NCBI RefSeq assembly: GCF_018350175.1
Contig: NC_058368.1
Coordinates: forward strand, 180,422,001 to 180,486,000
Source of the DNA: Felis catus
Taxonomy: Eukaryota
Direction: 5' to 3'
Length of the DNA stretch: 64,000 nucleotides
Shown here: positions 61,223 to 64,000 of the stretch, in pieces
Position numbering within the stretch: the stretch's first letter is position 1
How the letters are laid out: every line of letters begins with the position of its first letter
Program-made: the position numbers and the translations under genes
Notes under the pieces: model-generated
The model's database searches: none
What the model was told of the DNA's origin: nothing
What the model saw: the letters and a program-made list of their open reading frames with translations, nothing else

Positions 61223-62322
61223 CTGGGTGACCAGTGAGGAGGCTGATGAAATACCCAGGGTCTCCACTGGCAGCTGGCAAATGTTTGTTTTATGTCAGCA
61301 ATGGAACTAAAGCGCTCAGGCTGGTTTTGAAACTCCCTGAGCTGTTAAGATATCTTTTAATAGTCCTATCTAGCAAAAGTCATTGTTTACTGGGAAGATG
61401 TTTATCTCTTAAATAAGATCAGATTTTTCAGAGAAACAAAAAGAAAGTGTTTTATGTCCAAAAGACCTGGTACTCTAAATATATGAATTGAGCAGTGACT
61501 ATATAATGATCGATAAAGCTATAAAATATACTGAGGAGGCCTTAATTGCTGCATTTAGAACTATCCAGAGAGTGGAACTTGAATATAATGAGACACCTCT
61601 AATTTGGTATTGGTCAACCCTATGAAGTATGTTCTAACTTATTCTCATTTTGCCAGTGAAGAAATTGAGGCTCAGGAGGGTTTACATAACTTAACCAAGG
61701 TCACGGAACTTGTGACAAGGTGACAAGGATGGGATGTAAAATCCAAATTGTGGTCAAGGGGACCAGCACAAACAAGGCCTCCCTAGAGGGTTTGTGAGGA
61801 TTCAGTGAGAAGAGGGACTTACCTCTTCCACACACCTCTGCTACACTCCTTAGGGTTGAAGTAGGACTGGGCGGATGGCATAAGTTCCCAGGGGTGAAGG
61901 AGCCCAGTGACCCTTTCTCCACTCTTTCTCCGCAGAGCAGCTCAGCACTGATGTCCTCTGATTCTCTCCAGAGTATGGATACATAAATGCTATACATTCT
62001 AATGTGAAGAGAAGTCCTTCTGGCTTCTGGAATCCCCTTAGACTTCCTGCTTCCCTGTGCTTTATTTCACAATGGAGGAGAAAACCATTCCACATTTTGC
62101 CACCACTGGGCTTCAGGTTAGCCAAAGACCTAGAACAACTGGTGTGCTCCGAGCAATCAGAGCTATGCAGGTAAACAGTGCTTGCTTATGAAACCACTTC
62201 CTTTAGCATAAGAAGGAGGGCCGGGTTACCTCACCAGCTGTCTTCAGTTCCCCTATCTATAAAACAGGAATAATATGGTACTCTCTCCCAGGTTAATGTG
62301 AAGAGTCAATGAACCAAATGCC

Positions 62323-62645
62323 AGTGGCTCTGCAAAGTATAGAGCAAAGACCCTCAGAATCACCTGGGGACCTGATGGAAATGCAAATTTCCAGGCCCCA
62401 CAGCAGCCCTACTGAGTAGAGTTGGGGGGTGGGGGAGGAGGTGGGACTTGGGGAGTGGGGTTTAACAAGGCCTCCAGGGGGTTCTGAGGCTTCCCCACGT
62501 TGACAACCTCTGCTCTAAAGTCTAAGTTCCATGAGGACAGGATTTCTGTTGGTCCAATCACTGCTGAATCTCCAGTGCCGGGACAATGCCTTATAAATTA
62601 CAGGCACCCTATCCTTTTACAGGCACTCAATAAATATTTCTGATT
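62323..62645. mobile_element. MER5-family MITE (~62323-62513) followed by an L2 3' tip
   Basis: cagaatcacctgggg...gaaatgcaaatttccaggcccca; then taagttccatgaggacaggga...ggcactcaataaatattt. Confidence 0.7.
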
Positions 62646-64000
62646 AAAGGAATCCAGATGAAACAGGGGAGGAAGGAAACCAAGGTTCAGAGAGCCTGGC
62701 ATTTCCAACTATATTTGCCCAGCTTGATGACTCTCTCACTAATTTGTAGTAAATATTACGAGTTGGACACTGACTGTCGTGTCTCACTCTCGCATTTCTA
62801 GCTCTTAGCGCACGCGTGCCCAGCTCATCGGAACAGGCTCTTGGCAACACCCTACTGAAGGCACAAATGTCTCCAGTTCCAAAGCTAAATTCACAGCACA
62901 ACTGCCAACAGGTGCGGCGGACAGGTCTGTCCCTCCATCTTCCTAAGATAGGGAAAAGAATTCTAGAGAACACCAAGCCCCCAGTTATAATGCAACTTAT
63001 CTGTTCAACTATTTGCCCTTCTCCCTTGCCCAAGGGTACACCCTGCTGTAGCAGGGACTTTGCTCTGATCCTCAGCACTAGCAACGGAGCCTGAAGCCCA
63101 GTAGGCACTCAATAAATACCTGCTGAATGAATGGCCAACCCCTGGCTGGGTGGGACGAGATAAATACCAATGCCCTTCTGCACCACCACCATGCTAAAAT
63201 CAGCAGGTTCTCAAACAGCTCTCAAACAGTCCTGGGGGTGAAGGGGAGGGGGGAGGCACTTCTCGAGCGAAGAGACATGGTATCAAGCAGTTACAAATGA
63301 ATTCCAGATACCTCCAGTTTTTGCATCAGCCTTTTTAGTTCTGCCATGACAACTGCAATTCATTACCCCTGCTTCACACACAGCCCTGGTGCCAGCTCAC
63401 TGGCAAGAGTCACTTCACTCCAGAAATTCCAAAGAAGGGCTTGTCTCCGATAAGACTAGGGTAAAAGAATTTATTGACTTATTTATATAATGAGGGCTGC
63501 CAAGGTGGTTTGCAAGCTCTGATGTCAATCTGGCTCAGATGAGCCCTGGCTTACAGGAAGACACTTGAGTTGGTAAAGAAGGAACAATGGTTCCTGTTCC
63601 TCTACCAATGCACAGGAGGGCAAACGAGCCTGACAAGTAACAGCTCCCATTAGAAAGCCTCATGTGCACCAAGCACTGGGCTAAGAATTGACATGTCTGG
63701 TGTCATTTCATCCTCCGGGGGTAGGTAGGTCCTACTCTGAGAAGAAACTTGTTCAAGGCCACTTACTGCATGTAGTGACGGGGCCAGAACTTGATTTGGT
63801 GCCCTGTGAAGATCTTTATGAAGACCTTATCTACTTGCAGGGAATAGCGTGGAACGTCAGACCAATGTTGGGCTGGAAGCACACATTTTCCTCCACAGAG
63901 AACAAGACGCTGATAGGTGTGTTTCTGTTGGTTTCTCTGTAGTTAGAAAGGTCCTCTTCCCTCTGCTTCCCCCCCTCTCCAAATTTATTGATTGTGCAGT

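Larger units (their letters stand above)
1061..64000 (-). other. WWC1: WWC1 intron 1 (3' part; exon 1 lies beyond the right edge)
   Basis: Lies 5' of exon 2 on the minus strand. No exon-1 peptide (MPRPELPLPEGWEEARDFDGK...) or CpG island seen. Repeat-rich non-coding sequence throughout. Confidence 0.9.

Noticed and set aside
1..64000. A previously undescribed multi-gene system
   Set aside because: The window is explained by one WWC1 exon plus intronic repeats and candidate cis-elements. I saw no gene cluster, intact transposase/RT, viral insert or horizontally acquired segment.

Overview
Mammalian, felid DNA: about 24 carnivore tRNA-derived SINEs, several of the young cat SINEC_Fc type. The window lies inside the WWC1 (KIBRA, Hippo pathway scaffold) gene on the minus strand. 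The only supportable coding sequence is the 110-bp exon 2 at 951-1060, encoding (R)[36 protein letters not shown](K), most of the second WW domain, with canonical splice sites. Bases 1-950 are the start of intron 2 and 1061-64000 are intron 1; I saw no exon 1 or CpG island. The intron is filled with Can-SINEs (many with target-site duplications, TSDs), MIR, L2, old L1M fragments, MER5/MER20 hAT MITEs, a Kanga/MER104-like TcMar element, a MaLR LTR, two U6 snRNA retrocopies, a ~30-bp minisatellite and microsatellites. I found no convincing evidence of a new biological system. The findings are small-scale retrotransposition oddities, speculative alternative or cryptic exons and candidate enhancers. 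Repeat families were assigned by eye from remembered consensus sequences, and boundaries without TSDs are approximate.
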